DNA of 64,000 bases from Vicugna vicugna. Lineage: Eukaryota. The stretch covers positions 1,824,917 to 1,888,916 of the forward strand of contig MU058418.1 of NCBI GenBank assembly GCA_013265495.1, given 5' to 3'. This document shows positions 41,201 through 56,500 of the stretch, piece after piece; the first letter of the stretch is position 1, and each line of letters starts with the position of its first letter. The notes beneath the pieces are model-generated. The model was not told the DNA's origin, searched no databases, and saw only the letters and a program-made list of their open reading frames with translations. The translations under genes and the position numbers were made by a program.

Positions 41201-44200
41201 CTGTTATAAAATGCTGCCCTAAGAATGTTTGACAATTAACTTTTCAGATCCCAGGCAGAATTAATTTAATATTGGATTGAACTCTTTGTTCTCTTTGCCA
41301 CAGACCATTGGGGATCTGAATCATGGGATATAGTGAAGGCATCCAACATTGCAGGGCATTTAATTTCAGCTGTTAGCTTTTATCTTTACTAGTCATCCTA
41401 TATACCAATGCATCATTTCTGCTGATACTAATTTACAGTACGATGTGACTCTTTCCAGCTGCTAAGAATTTACTTTGATTGAAACACTTAGCAGTCATTT
41501 AGCCCCATGAACATCTCTCACTGAGCTAGGGAGGACATACATGATCATCCATTGTGAAAAGATTTCCCAACTGCTGCTAGAGAAATTCCTGACCAGTTTT
41601 CTCTTGTTCAGTACCCATCATATACCATTATTATTAAACTCAACTCCAGCACCTGAAAACTGATCACTTAAAATTTTAAGCGATAATAATGCTGACAGTG
41701 AAAATTTCCATTAATATAGTGGGAAAATATTTTAGCTGAATAGTGGCAATGATTTCACTTATTGATTTAAGTTAGTAATTACTATAGCTAAGGAATATCT
41801 TAGAAATTTCCCTGAAATTTTTTGACTTGGCTAGCATCCATTTATATAGCAGATTTGTTGTTTAATCACCAGGGACCTATTTTTACAGAAGAAGAAATGT
41901 TTGTTTTGCCTTTAAATGACAGATTTGAAGACATTTTAGTAAATATTTCATGTTAACTGAAATTTTGGTTACATTTTTTAAATTAGTCTTTTTGTATTGT
42001 TTTGTTTTATGAGGCAGAGGTAGTTAGGCTTATTTATTAATGTATATTTGGAGGAGGTGCAGGAGATTGAACCCAGGACCTCGTGCATGCTAAGCATGCA
42101 CTCTACCTTAAATTAGTCTTTAAATTTAATATTAAGAAGTCAAGACAAAAACCTCTGTTGACTTAGAAGTCAACAAGTATGAACTTAGGGCCTCGTCTTG
42201 CCCAGGGCTCATTAGCTGATTCTCTGGAATCCCAGTTACTGATTCAGCGTTTTCATTCCTGAAGTGGAGCTGACAATCTGAGAGGAGCTTTTCCACTAGA
42301 ATAACTTCGTAGAGAGGCCTGTCTCTGGTCATTCTCATCCACTTCTCTCCTAGGCCACAAAGTGGGCATCAACTCCAATACTGGCCATGACTGTGGATGG
42401 GCCCATGCAGGTGTGGACAGATGTGCTGTGCTGTACGACATGTGGACTTGGGAAGCAACTCTTCTAGAAAACAAGCGCCAGGTATTTTTGCCTAGAAAAC
42501 AAAACGTCTGTTAAATATTCTAAATAAAACTCAGTATTTTTTAAAACCCAGTGGGTCTTTTAAGGCAGCTCCTAATGAAAATAATAATTCTTCAGATAAT
42601 CTCAGCTAGTTGTAAGGATGTGAACATTTTATGTTCTTTGTGGGGTTTTTTTGTTATAAAAAAATCAAATGTGAAGGATACAACTTTATCTTTTAGGTAT
42701 GATTAGTTAGAGGGCTGTATAATGTAGGACCCTTTATAACACAGATGCTTTTAGCGAGAAAGAATGATGATTCCTCTCATGTTCATTGTTCTGTCAGGGA
42801 AGCTTCACTTTGCTAAACACAGACAAACTGACCAATCTTAGAAATGTGTGCCACATGTGAGTGGGTGAAAGCAAATGGCAGGATTTGCAGACTGGATATC
42901 AGAGTGAGAGAATGAGGGTGGAATTAAAATCACTTCCTCAGGGTCAGGGAGGAGGCTATTGACCGAAACAGAATGAAGGAAGAGGGGTGTCTTTAGATGG
43001 GAAGGTAGGATTGAGACTAGGACATAAGGCGCGTGAGGAAAGTTTGCTAAAACCCAGGTGTGACTGTTTTGTAGGCTCAGGAGCAGGTATGAGCTGAGGT
43101 ATGAACATTGAGGCTGAACCATAGTAATGAATCAAAATGACTAGGAAAAGCCAGAGATGCCTGAAATGGGTCCCTGGGGACACTTACATTTAAGGGAAAG
43201 GTCATGAAACAAGAATCCATGAGAGGAGCAAGAAGAAAGTAGCCAAAGAGACTGCAGGGAAAAAAAAGGAGGGACAGTGTTAGGAAAGCCCACGAGACAA
43301 AGAACATTTTAATTAGGAAAGGATGGTTACTAGCATGGAGTAGAGTGAAACATCAAGAAAGGTGAGTCCTAAAAGCCAGACAGTGGGCTCAGCCCTCAGG
43401 AGGTCATTGCCAGCTTTGTAGGACTCTCTTAAAAGAGTAGTGGAGGTGGAAGCCACGTTACAGTGCATTGTGATGTGGTCAGAAATGGGGAAGTGGCAGT
43501 GTTTTCTCTGAACTGTTTTTCTGGTAGAATAGATGGTTTACCATTTCATCTACTCACTGGTCTGTTACTCACGGAGTTATAGGTCACCCAGTTTTTGAAA
43601 ACAACTGGCTGGACTTAAAGTGTACAAGTCTTGGGCTTTGAAAATGGTTCCTCTTTTCAAAGGTAACTGACCTCTAGAGTTTGCATCTGCAGCCTTGATC
43701 TGCCAATTAGAACCATACTGTGATCAACTGAATAAATGAGATAATTAGGCTCACAGTGTAGAAACTGGAGAAGATGCATTAAATATAAGACAGAATCCTC
43801 AAATTCCACAAGTTTTTGGTCCAGGCATGTGTTTTAAACAACTCCCCTTTTCTGTACTCTCTCCACCTCCACTTTCAGTTCTTATAGGCCCCCAGTGGAG
43901 GCCCCAGGCATGACTAGGGAAGAATAGAAGTCCAGAGAGTAATGAAAAACAAACCAGTTTCTCCTCACTTTGGCCTAGGGTTCATTCTGTGCTAAGCCAC
44001 CAGGGCTGTCCACTAGTTTCTTCTAAGGGATATGAAATTATTTTAACTTAAAACAATCACTGAAAATATCTCCCTCCTTTCTACCCTGAGAATAAGTTCT
44101 CTATAGAAACTAAGCTATCTGTGCCAAAACTGGAAAATGTGGCCTTCTAAATCAGAAATTGTTGAAAGAGCCCATTTTTAATGGATAAATCAGATTTTTA

Positions 44201-44529
44201 TCTACAGTACAATTGATTTCCCCCAGTACTGATTCTACTGCCAAGTATCCTCAGCTGTTTTGATTGTCAAATTTATTGGAATCACTGGAGTTAAGAATTG
44301 CTCGAACACACTGGGTTGTCTTAAACCTTTAAAGTAACCATATTATGTAAGAGGCTCATAAAAATAGAGCTGGTGTGAATTTAGGTGGATTAAGAGGCTC
44401 AGAGAAACCAGGCATCAGCTGTACCAGCTCCTAAGTGACATTTATACCAAACTGCTAATTCTCTCCACAGCCACTAGAGGACACATTTTCAGGGCAATTT
44501 GAATGTGTTCAGAGCACTGAAAAAAAAAG

Positions 44530-44561
<32 letters not shown>

Positions 44562-47500
44562 AAAAGAAAAAAAGTCTATGACAAGTTGTGTCCAACATTG
44601 ATTTTCTGTTTTGCACTTTCATTTGACCTAAAATACTGTTTTTAAAAGTTTTTTAAATCCAAGAAGTAAAAAAAAGGTTGAGGTAAAAAGAATATAAACA
44701 GTAGGGTTTGAGATTATTCATTCTGGCTATTTTTCTATTTCCTCCAATATTTGATACCTACAGTCAGTGAGTACCACATATTATTTTGCCTGAGAGTTGG
44801 CCCTTGGCACACACAGGTGACATTTGGCAAGGCTAGAGACTTCTTAGACAAATACCAGCCCACAGTTTAAATGGAAATGGGCCAGTTAGCAAACAGATAA
44901 TAAATAGAACCCACAAGGCAGAAAGATCACAGTCCTACCCATGTTGGGGAAAAAATCATAATAAAATTATGCAAAGGGCCATCTGAGAGCTTCTTGAGGT
45001 GGAGGCCAAAGCTTGCAAAAAGGCTTGTCAATTTAAAGAGCCACATTTTCCTTCTCAACAGCTAGGGTTGCCAGGTAAAATATTTGTGATATACTAAAGA
45101 AGTGTCAGTTGTTTATCAGCAGTTCAAATTTAACTAGATGACCTATATTTTTGTTTGCTAAATCTGGCAATCCTACCAACAATGAAGTGATCATGGCAAT
45201 GTAGCACCAGCCTCTGCAGCTTGGTATCACCAGCAAGAACCCTCCCCACCAACTTCCCCTGTCAAATAACCAAACAATAGGGCTCTTTGTATGAAAACAG
45301 GTCAAAGCAATACAAATACTATAAACCAGCTCCTGGGATTGCCCTAGCCCAGCCAGAAAGATTCAGGTTCCTCCAGAATGGCTTAGAGAAGTAATTGTTT
45401 CTTTCCTAATCTCCCCCAAGGATACTAAGTGACACCCTTCTTGCCCCATCTAGTCGCTCCTTTGTTTCTGCTTTGTCTTCTGCTATTTAACCGAATGCTA
45501 CTTTTGAGTAGGACTCTGTGGACTGAACAAGGTCATTCAGATCACCCTGCCCGCTTCATTTTCCCTGGGCTCACTTAAAGGCAAGGGGATCTCCACCTTC
45601 CCTTCATTTCCCACTCTGAGGTATATGAGTTTCTAACCTGTGGAGCTCACTCTATATCCCAAGGCTTTTGCTTGTTTTGATGTTAGCCTTTTTATACTAA
45701 GGGTGACCCAAGATTCTGTAGACCAAGGGGCATCCTGCAAAACTGGATTCTAAATGAAATGCCCCAGGCTCTCCATCCTGCAGCCTTAGTGTTGAAGCCC
45801 TCAGACACTGGACATCTGTTACTAAGGCAGTGTTTGATTCCTATTCTGCTATTGATTCTGGAGCTCTTATCTCCTTAGGAGCCACGGAAGCCACAATAGC
45901 AAGACGGAGAGTCTGCTCTTGGCTTTTCCTGCCACTTGGTTCCTTGGCTCCCCTCTCCGTTGTTGCCACCTATATTCAAGTACTGCTTACGCCTTCTCAA
46001 GACTTTCTGGTCTTGCATTCTTAGCTATGGACGCCACATAATGAAAGGGCCTGTTTATCTCCTTTTAGGAAATTCCTTAGATTGTCAAGAGGGCTGACTT
46101 CCTGACCTGAAACCACCAGGAATACCTGCACCCAAGGAAACAAAACACATTCTTTCTCTAATGTATCTCAGTGTGTGCTAGGCTGTTGGGCTGGTAGAAA
46201 TTGCAACCTCAACTGCCTACTTCTTGCTGCCAATTAAATGCACACACTGGGCACACCTGTGCCTTTGGTGATAAAGCTACCTTGGGAGCTGAGGCCTTGC
46301 AGAAGAGTGAAACCTCCAATAGAGGAGCTGGTGAAAGAAGACTGGGGAGGGAGATGTTGAGTTAAAACTCTGAGGGAGGAGATGTTGGATTAAGCCGACA
46401 GAGAAAAGGAATTTGTTCCATTGTAATCCAGGGGGACTGAAAGTTCAGAAGCTTTCTGTCAGAGTTGACTTATCCATCAGGTAATATAAACTTGGTGTTT
46501 AGGATCTAAGCTTTTCAGGGACCATTGGAAATATGTGAGATCTGAGAGAAAAAAAAAAGTGTTACTCAGAAATACGAAAATATAAAATAGACAAATTCTT
46601 AAATGACTTGCCCATAAAATGTAAAAAAATTAGCTGAGCACTTGTAAACATCTCATTACATTTGAAAACAATTTGTGGATCAGATCTCATTCCATAAGAA
46701 TACTAAAGTATATGCTGCTCAGAAGTCATAGCCAATTATTAATTAAATGTATTGCTCACAGCCAAATATTTGAAAAGCAAAATTATAAATACCATTTAAC
46801 ATTTTTACAGAAGAAAACTGATTGGGATGTGAGTTTTAATATATTTGATATAACATGGGATGGGGTCTCCAAAAATAAATGTGTCTAAGGCTTATGAAAT
46901 TTTTAAAACAACCCTAAAACAGTAATTCCATTGTTTGGAACTGCTTACAGATCTTACCCTTAGGTTCCTGTTTGGGATTCCAGCCCAGTGATCTCTGAAG
47001 AGCTTTTTCTGATTAGCACCATGACTAATTATACACAAATAGAATTTACACACAGAACAGAAATCCCTTAAGCTTATAGACAAATGTAAAAGTAAAATAG
47101 CATCTTTTTCTGAATTCTCTAAGAATCCTTTTAGTGGTTAGCATCTGGAAGCTCTCTTCAGTTTTTAGAAAAGTCTTGGGAACTCCACTAAAACAGAAGC
47201 TTCCTCGATGAGCAGGAGAATTCCTAGATAGGCCCTTCCTAGTGGATTCCGATCTGGGATTAATGCCTTTATGTTTATATTCTAACCACAACCACGCCCC
47301 ATCGTTACTACATAGGTGAAACTCCGGCAAACAGTTATGAGGTCATTAATGGGGCTGAGGGTGTAGAAGTGAGGTGGAGGCCTCCTGCCCACCTTTGGTG
47401 ATAAAGTGAAATGCAGGAAGGAGAGTGGGTCTGTGGGGAAACGGTGTTGGAGAAAAGTATATTTGACAAAGTGACATTGACCGCTCTATCTTACTGGTGC

Positions 47501-50500
47501 TTATAACTACTAGATATATTTTTCACTGTATAACCCTTCTTTTACTTATGGAGAGCCAAGGAAGGGGGGACGGAGGCAAAACGAGTGCTTTTTCCTCGCC
47601 CTCCCTAACTTGGTCTGTGGGTTTCCTAATCACTCTGAGTTGCTTTGGTGCTGCAGCTGCCCACACTGGGCCAGTATCCAGAAGTTCAGAGCTGTCTCTC
47701 TCCTGCTGATGGTGAGGAGTTTTCCCAAAGCCTGGAGTGGGTGGGGACTCATCTCTTTTTGCTGGACCCTGTTCTCTGACTATCAACCTTATTTGCAGCT
47801 TCTTGACAGTTACTTTGAGGCCTACCAGCATGCGTTGGACCCAGAGGAGAGGTTTGCCTTAGCACAAGTGATCACTGACATCATGCACAGGTGCGCAAGG
47901 TTTGATCTCAGCCAGCCTTACTTCATTAAGGCCTACCGAGATGAATGCGCCTGCCTGAGGCTTCACCTGCAGCTAGTGAGGGGCCTTCTCAACCAGCATG
48001 TGAGTACATTTGGGCTTTAAAATATCCCCTGTGAGAAGAGGATGGAAAACACTGAAATTGTGTCTTCCTATCAGCGCTGGTCTAGAATCTAGGTTTCATC
48101 ATGTTTATTTATAAGCTTATTTGCATTGTTGAATTCCAAGCATAACTCCAGTCTTAAAGGGAGATTTCCAACCCTAATTAGACTGAATGGTTACAAAGAA
48201 TTGACAACCTGTTTTCATTCAATCATAGAGTTTATTGGTAGTGAAAGAAATAACCCTAACCCTCTGTGAAACATTAGTGTGTAAAATTATATTTATTTTT
48301 TAAAAGGTCGAAACCATTTTTAGAACCCTACAGGAAAGGAGCACAGTCTGTCCTCTGGGGAGAAGCTAAGGAGAAAACGATCGTTGCCATTACCTTAGGC
48401 CTGGTTAGAATTTTTTCCTCTCAGTCAATTATTTGACAGAAAGTTTTCTTGGGCCTCCTGAGATTGCCTGAAGCTAGTTGCCTTTGCTTTTTCCTGGCTG
48501 ACCCTTGGCTCAGACAAAAAGACAAGTGTGTCTCTGTGTGAATGAATCTCCAAAACCACGTCTGAGTGAAAATTAGTTAAGTAATGAAGAGACGCAAAGG
48601 GCTGATGTTCTGCTCTTCTCATGCCAAGGCTCATAACTCACATCTATGGGAAAGTTTAACTTTTCTAATTTTAACTTTCATGCTACATTTCTAGATAGAG
48701 TGTCAGCGGGAGTATGTCCGGAGACTTTGGCAAGACAGCCATCCAGATGATAGCACTACATTTGGACTTCCTCTCAACATAATTTGCAAACAACTCATTT
48801 CCATCAACAATAGCTGGTAAGTCGGTGCTGTCTTTAGACATTTTACATTTAGATAATTTCTTCAAGATAATTTAAGGGTATGACGTTAAGTCAAATACTA
48901 TTCTACAAAGCACCTTTCAAATATTTGGAGATGCGAGAAATAGATATAAAAGCCACAGAAGAAGGGTTCACTTTGTAAATAAAGGATAAGGAGGCTGGAA
49001 TTTAAACTTATGCCACTGGATGCAGAGTCTTCACTCCCTTGAGAAGTCCCTAAAAATGTTTCTCTTCAAATACTGTCAGAGGATGCTATCACAGGTGCCA
49101 CACAGGCCAACATATATGAAACATGGAAACATTTAAAAGTTTCTCAAAAAGGAATTTCTTTCTTCTAGCAAGTGTCAACGAAAAGGTTTCTGTAGACTTA
49201 CCTTGTGACCCACCCCCCTTTAAGGAGTGGATTAAATTTCCTGAGATCACTCAGAGAGAGTACATAAAGTCACCCCCTTGATAAGTAGTATGATTTCCCC
49301 CCACCATTCCTTTACAGCCTTTGAAGCAACAGAGGAACTGGAAAGCTGGTGACAAGCCTCAAGTTGATCTGTGCCACCCAAGATCACAACCTCTCTGTTG
49401 CCTCCAAATGGGTAGAGAAATTGTCCAGCTCTTCTCAACAGCCAACAAGTATTTTTTGAGGATTTACGTGTACCAGGCAGTGTGTTAGGAGCTGGGGACA
49501 CACATATGAACAACAGAGTCATGGCCCTATGCTCCTGTGAAGCGTACAGTCCAGCAGTACAGCCAGACTTTCAGTAAGAAATCACCACAGTGAGCTCTAG
49601 TGTCATCTTGGTCCATCACCCGATGGATCGGTAGGGTGCCAAGGGATTTCATAGCTGAGATTGTAACCTTGACTCTTGAGAAAGAACCCTGGGAGCTCCA
49701 GGCACAAGACTGCATTTTCTCCAAAGACCTTTCTCAGGACTGAGTTTTTCACTGCAGTAAGCTTGAGACACCAGCTGTGTGTGTGTGCAGCTTGCAATGG
49801 CAAGAATATGCTGTTCAGGAAGCAGGTTTTGGTGGAATATGCTAGGACTGTATGGTTACTAAGACCTGTCAGAATAGTCTGAAAAGCAAAGGATACTTGC
49901 TTGATGAGATTCCTTTCCAGTCTCGGGGTTGTAGTTTCTAAGACCTTGGACTAAGAAGAATCACATTTGCATTGGTTTGAGAAGTATTTATGTTCTTTAG
50001 TTCTGTGGAGGTATAGAAAGGCCCTTGACTTGACTGGTGCTGTATCCTTAATTTCCAAAGGGATAACCCATAGACAAGTGTTTTATCATTTCTGGCCTCA
50101 TTCATTTATAAAATATAACATTTTTATGGCAAACATGAATGATTCCAGCAGTTGTGTATAGAACTTAAAAATCATCTTCATCTGTTATCATTTTGAGGAA
50201 AAAAAGGATAAAGACTCAGGTAAAAAATAGCAATAATCATGGAAATTATTTAATATTTAGTCACTTATTTTAAGTTATTTTGTTTTCAAATATTTGGCTA
50301 ACTATTGATTATTGAAATGTTGGAAGGTTTGCCATATACAGTTTTGGAATCTTTTTCAATTTTATTGAGATATAATTGACATACAGCACTGTATAAGTTT
50401 AAGGTGTACAGTATAATGATTTGACTTACAATGGCTCTTATTCTTATTGACTTTTAGATTAAACTCCTGTGTCTTCCAATTTTAAAAGGGTGCACATTAA

Positions 50501-53500
50501 AGCACAGAGCATGTTGTATAACCCGGTGGGTTCCCTGGACAGCCTCTGAAGCCCCTTTGAGCTTCCAGGTTTTTATAAGGCCCTGGATTATAAGAGCTGT
50601 TTTATTGGTCTTGAAAAATATCAAATTCAAATATCTTTGGACACAGATTAAGTTGTTCGTTGTGTAAAATTGTCATTCATTGTTTCTCTTCATTAAGCCC
50701 AGCTTTGAAAAACATTTATCTGCTGGAGTTCCACCCTTCCCTGGGCCTAGCTTCCTGCATCTCCAGAGCCCTTGAGCACCTCCTCAGGGAGGCCCGCCAC
50801 ACCTGCAGGCCCATGTCGGCCAGCGCCCTCATTTCGCTGGAGAGGCACGTGCTGCAGCTGGCCCTGGATGTGTGGCTCACCCCGGCCAAGCCTGAGTCCT
50901 GGTATAGTGCACAGCTCCAGAAAGATGTATGTTCTCTGAAGGGGTAGGTGGGTCCTTGGCAAAGAGATTGTTTCCTCCCAGATGTTACTACTTAGCTTTG
51001 TTTTTACGTTTGGCTCTATTTCCCCATTATCTGGCCAGAGACAGATCATAGTCCTAGGGCTTGCCAACATTTTTATGGGGTTTTTTTTTTCCGCTTTTGG
51101 TCAAATTTTCTAGTTTGTCAGGATGCTGCTACAGTTAAAATTTAAAGGGAGATGTACATGGGTATGGTTTATTATCTACATTTTAACAATATATATTTTT
51201 AATTAAATTTTTTTTCTTTCCAATACTCTTCCTAAAACGTGCTCTTTCGCCCTGAGCTGAGATCTGGTAGAGGAGAGACGGCATTGAGTGAGGAGTCAGT
51301 GACCTAGACTCAAGTTCAGCCCTGCCAGTAACTTGCTGTGTGACTCTGAGCCTTACTTTTCCCATCTTGCAACATTATGTTTGTGTGCTGGGGGGTGGGG
51401 GCTGGGGCAGGTGGAAGCCAGCCCAGTGATCACTAAAGCCACTTCCGGCTCTAATGCTCTGTGGCTCAAACTGTGACCCAATGATTTACAAGGCATTTGT
51501 AATTGGATTTTAGTTCTTTTCTTTTTCTATTAAGGCTGTCATAGTTGAGCCTAGGTTCCTAATTTGATCTTACTCTGTGTGGATACTTGCTGTAGGATGA
51601 AGGAATTTTCAAAGGCTCCAAGCTGCCAAAAATACCTGTTTCACAGGAATTCCTCAGCCTCCTGTCCCTTCCTATCCAAAGTTTTATTTTCTTTTAAATT
51701 GATTGAAAAAATTCAGAATTTTAGCAAAATAGGAAAGCAAAAAATTACTCTAAAAGTAACCATTCAAATGTATTTGTAATCATTTTTCTGAATTCAAGTA
51801 TTCTTCATATATATGTTTTACATATTTCTAATCATATCCTTCATACATGGTCTCCTGTTTTTCTCAGTTAACATATTATATTGCAAACTAGTCTTTGTTA
51901 TATTGCTAATATCCTTATTGCTAACTAGTCTTTATATTCACCTTTTTGACCACATAATTCCCTTAAGTGATGATCATAATTTATCCCACCATTTCCCTAT
52001 TGATGAGCATTCAAATAGTTTACAATTGTTTATCATTATTAAAAATGCTGCAAGGTACATCTCCATGCTCACAGATTTTTCCATATTTTGAATCAATTTC
52101 TTTTGATAGATTCTTGGAAGTGGATTCGCTGAAATAAAATTTACATGTTTGAATATATGTTGACAGTTTTCCAGAAATGTGCCAAATTATAATGCCACTG
52201 ATAGTGTACAAGAGTACCAGTTCTGCTCTACCCTACAGTATTAGGTGTAAGCTTATGATGTCACTGCTAATAATATATACATGTTATGTATAATGTACAT
52301 ATGTACATTATATATACACACATATATTATATACATATACTATATACATATTAAATAGCATTACACTGTTAATTTTCTTTCTTTGCTATTTGTTGAGATT
52401 ATTCTTCCAAATGTCTTGTTACTAGCTGTATTTTTTGTAATTTTCTGTTCTTTCTCTTAGTTTATTGATCTCTTGGAATCTTAATGTTATTCCTATCCAT
52501 TTACATGAGCTCTTCTTAAAAATAAACTTTAACCCTTTTGTCCATCATATTTTCAGCAATTATTTCCCTCAATTTGTCTTGTTATTTTTTAACAGAAACT
52601 TATTTTCATACAGTCAAACCTTTATCTTTTCCTTTGTTATTTCTTCTATCTTCCTAAATCCAGAAAACAAAACTTCTTCCAGATGTTTCATATTTGTCTT
52701 ACTTTACTCTAATTTCTTAAGATTTTTATTTTATTTTAAAAGTATCTCACTCCTTTTAGTATTTCACCTGGAGTGTGTGTGTAATGTAGTGTGAAGTATG
52801 GCTCAAAGTAGAATTTTCCCCAAAATTACCAGCCATGTATCCTACTATCATTTATTGAGGATTTTTTTCATATTGTATTATGGTACCAGATGTTTTTAAA
52901 TGTATTTTAAATATTTTATAAATCATAGTGAATATCTGGGGACCTATCTAGTCTCGCATTGATGCCACACAGTTTTAATTATTATTATTTTTAAAATGTG
53001 TTCAAATCGGGGCCTAGAAATGATAAATATTCAGATCAATCTTTTATATTGGACAGAAAATGGGGCAGGTATTGTCCTCAGAAGATAATCAGGAAATCAG
53101 TTTAATAAATCTTTTTTATCACTTTGGAAGACTTCAAGAGTCCAGAAATTGCATCCTGGAGTAGTCAAGGCCTTTGGTCAATATGTGGACCTACCTTTGG
53201 GAAGCCAAACCAGGAAAGGCAGGTTAGGGGATTCCAAACTGGGTCCTTGCTGGGAGTGGCATACGAGAGGGTAGCAAAACATTAGAGCAGAGGAGCCAAC
53301 CAAGGTAGAAGGACGTTAAAGAACAATGTGGTTACTTCACAAATCACCCAGGGCCAGCTCTGAGTGGAGGAGCACTGTAGAGACAGTTTGACATACTGTA
53401 AAACTACTGAGCTTGGAACTCAGAAACCTAAGTTTACTCTCGGTACTATTGTGTGACCTTAGAAAATTTCAGTGTTTCTTCAGATCCCTCACTGATAAAT

Positions 53501-56500
53501 TGGAAATAATGGTATCTGTGATGCCTACTTCCTGGGGATCTTGTGAAAATAAAAATGAGTTAATATATGTAAAAATACTTTGAAATTTATTTACTTTTAA
53601 TGTCCTTTTAAAAAACTTTTTCTTTTAATGAGGTACTGAGGATCGAACCCAGGAAATTCTGAAACTTCAATTAGAGGGGTTTATAAGAAATTGTTATTAT
53701 TATTGGCCACTAACATACTTGAAAAATATCAGGAACTTCTATTTCTATTTAGGTCATCTTTGTCATTTCTACTCTTTATTTTGGCGTAAAACATTTATAA
53801 TAATGATAACAGCAAATACTATGTACCAAGCACTCTTGCATATATTAACTCACTTAACCCTCTCAACAACCCTGTGATATGGTTATGATCTATTAGTTCC
53901 TATTAGGCACTGTTATTTTTTCCCCAATTAAAGATGAGGAAACTGAGACATAAAAATTGAGTAAATGGCCCCAAATCCCACAGCTTTTAAGTGGCAGAGC
54001 TAGGACTTGAGCCTAGGAATTCTAGATCTGCAGTCTATGCCACTGACATATTTTCCTTAACATGTTAAATTTCTTTCTTTCTTTTTTTTGTATTTTAAAA
54101 ACTGTTTTGTTTTCTTTCAGCTGTTTTCAGCTAAAGTGATGGGAGACCCCTTTCTTGTGGGAGAGATAGGCCTGCTTGCACTCAAGTCTGCAGCAGATGA
54201 AGGACAGAACCAAGGCCAAGATTTTCATATGCTGCTCCTGGAGACATTTTCCAAACTTTTGGAACTCTTGACCCTCCGCCATCGGCTGGTAGAAATGAGT
54301 CTGGAGAGTGTACACTTAGCACGGTCAGTAGGGGGACTGAGGGTCCAGATGGAGGATAACAGACTATGGTCTCCCTATCTACAAGCCTTGCCCCATTTAT
54401 GCCCCTAGAGTAGCTAGAGTGAGTTTTCTAAATGGCTGAAATGATGCCTCCCTCCCTTGTTTCTCCTCTCACTCAGGCCTTCCCCCATGCCCCTCTGACC
54501 ACTCAGCTAGGCTGGGTTCTCCTGTGAGCACCTGGGCTTCCTCTTCATTCAGCCATTGCCTTTTAATTAGATGCTTACTATTGGTTTATTGGTTTTTCTG
54601 CTTGTGTAAGCTCCCTCAGTGCAAAAGCTCTGTCCACATTGTTTTCCATAGTATCCTATCAGCTGGTATGAAGCCTGACCCACACCAGGCACTCAGTGAA
54701 TACTGATTGGATTTGCCCTCAAATATAATGAAGTTGAATAGCAGAGCAGAAGCAGTGGAGGGCCCAGAGAAAGGAAAGGATGTGTCAGTGACAGCATCCA
54801 GGTCTGGTGGAGGTATGGAAGGTTCAGGAGGTAGGAGGAGAGAATGCTTCATGAGTTAGGTTTCAGGTATAAGTGTGAGATGATGGTAAGACATTTCCTA
54901 TAAATAGGAAGAACTTGGAACATGAGGATTTGTTACAGGTGTGCATGAGTTCTGTTGTGCTCTGGTCCCCATGAAAGGTCCTGAAGACCCAAAAGATCTA
55001 GTCATCCACCATCAACCACTATCTAGGGCCTACTATGGTCAGGGTCTGTACTGGGGACTTTACATGTATTAGTTCATTTAATTCCCAGAATAATTTTATG
55101 ATATAATATCCTTATGATATGATATTATGATATGATGGTTTACCAACATTTTACCAGCGAGAAGATAGAGGCTCAGAAAATAATTTTTACCTAAGATCAC
55201 AAAACTAGAAAGTAGTAGGAGCAGAATTCAAACTAGGAGCCAAGACCATTATTAAGCACTTGGATACTACTTCCCATAATTTCTGATCTTTGTTTTCAGG
55301 GAGTTCACAATGTAGCAGTTAACCCTAATACAGTTTAATATGACACTTTGGTCCTATGAACAAAATACTATGGGAGCACAGAAAATGATGTAGGTCAGGG
55401 AGAGCTCTGTGGAAGATGGCCTAGGGATGAATTGTGTCCCCTTAAAATTTGTGTTTAAACCCTAATTTCTAGTACCTCAGAATGTGACCTTATTTGGAGA
55501 TAGGGTCTTGATAGAGATCAAATCAAAATGAAGTTATTAGGGTGGACTCTTAGCCAATATAACTGGTGTCCTTATAAGAAGAGGAAATATGAACACAGAC
55601 ATACACAGAAGGAAAACTATGTGAAGGCACAAGGCCAACATGGCCATCTCTAAGCAGAGGAGAGAGGCCTAGAACAGACTCTTTCCTCAAAGCCCTCAGT
55701 AGGAACCAGCCCTGAAACACTTTGATCTTGGACTTCTATCCTCCAAAGCTGTGAGATAAATTTCTGTTGGTGAAGCCCCCCAGTTCATGGTACTGTTTTA
55801 TAGCAGCCTAACAAACTAATATAGATGCTGTTTGAACTCAGCCTTGATATACCAGCTTCTCGAGATGAAATGTGTTAGGATAGGGGTAAGAGAGGAGGGG
55901 AAGGCATTCTAGACAAAGAAGACTGAAATGCCAGACTGACGTCTGAATGGAGCCTTGCTGCAAGCCATGGAAACGTGAGAGTAGAACTCAGAGTGAAGCA
56001 GGACAGAGATGGGATCACAGGTTCCTACACACGGGGGTGATGGTTAGGGCCTGGGGTTGGATGACAAACTCCCCAAGGAGGGCATGGAGAAGTTGAGAAG
56101 AAGACTGGGTTTGGAACCCCAGGAAACACCCAGATTTGAAAATAAAGAGGAGAAGAAGCCAATGAAGACTGAGAGAGAATGGTCATGAGGCAGAATGATG
56201 GAGAAGATCCTGGAGCCAGGAGAAAAAAGATGTTCCCCCAAGGAGGGGACAGAAGGGCCAGCTGTGAAGGGCTCTGAGAGAAAATGGTGAACCTTCGATT
56301 GCAGGCAATATTGGTGGACTCAGGAGGGCTCTGAAGCCAGACGCCAGCTTGCAGGAAGTGAGAGTTGAGGAAGTGCCCAAGCACATCTCCTCCCACCTTA
56401 ACTACTATCTTTAACTGTCACAGCTTAGGGCAGACCCAAGACCTTTCTGACTCATTCATTCCACACAGGACTTGGTTTACTTTCGTTTTGACTTTTGCTT

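Noticed and set aside
42061..42107. tRNA-like sequence
   Set aside because: It is the head of a tRNA-derived SINE flanked by TSDs, with no complete cloverleaf
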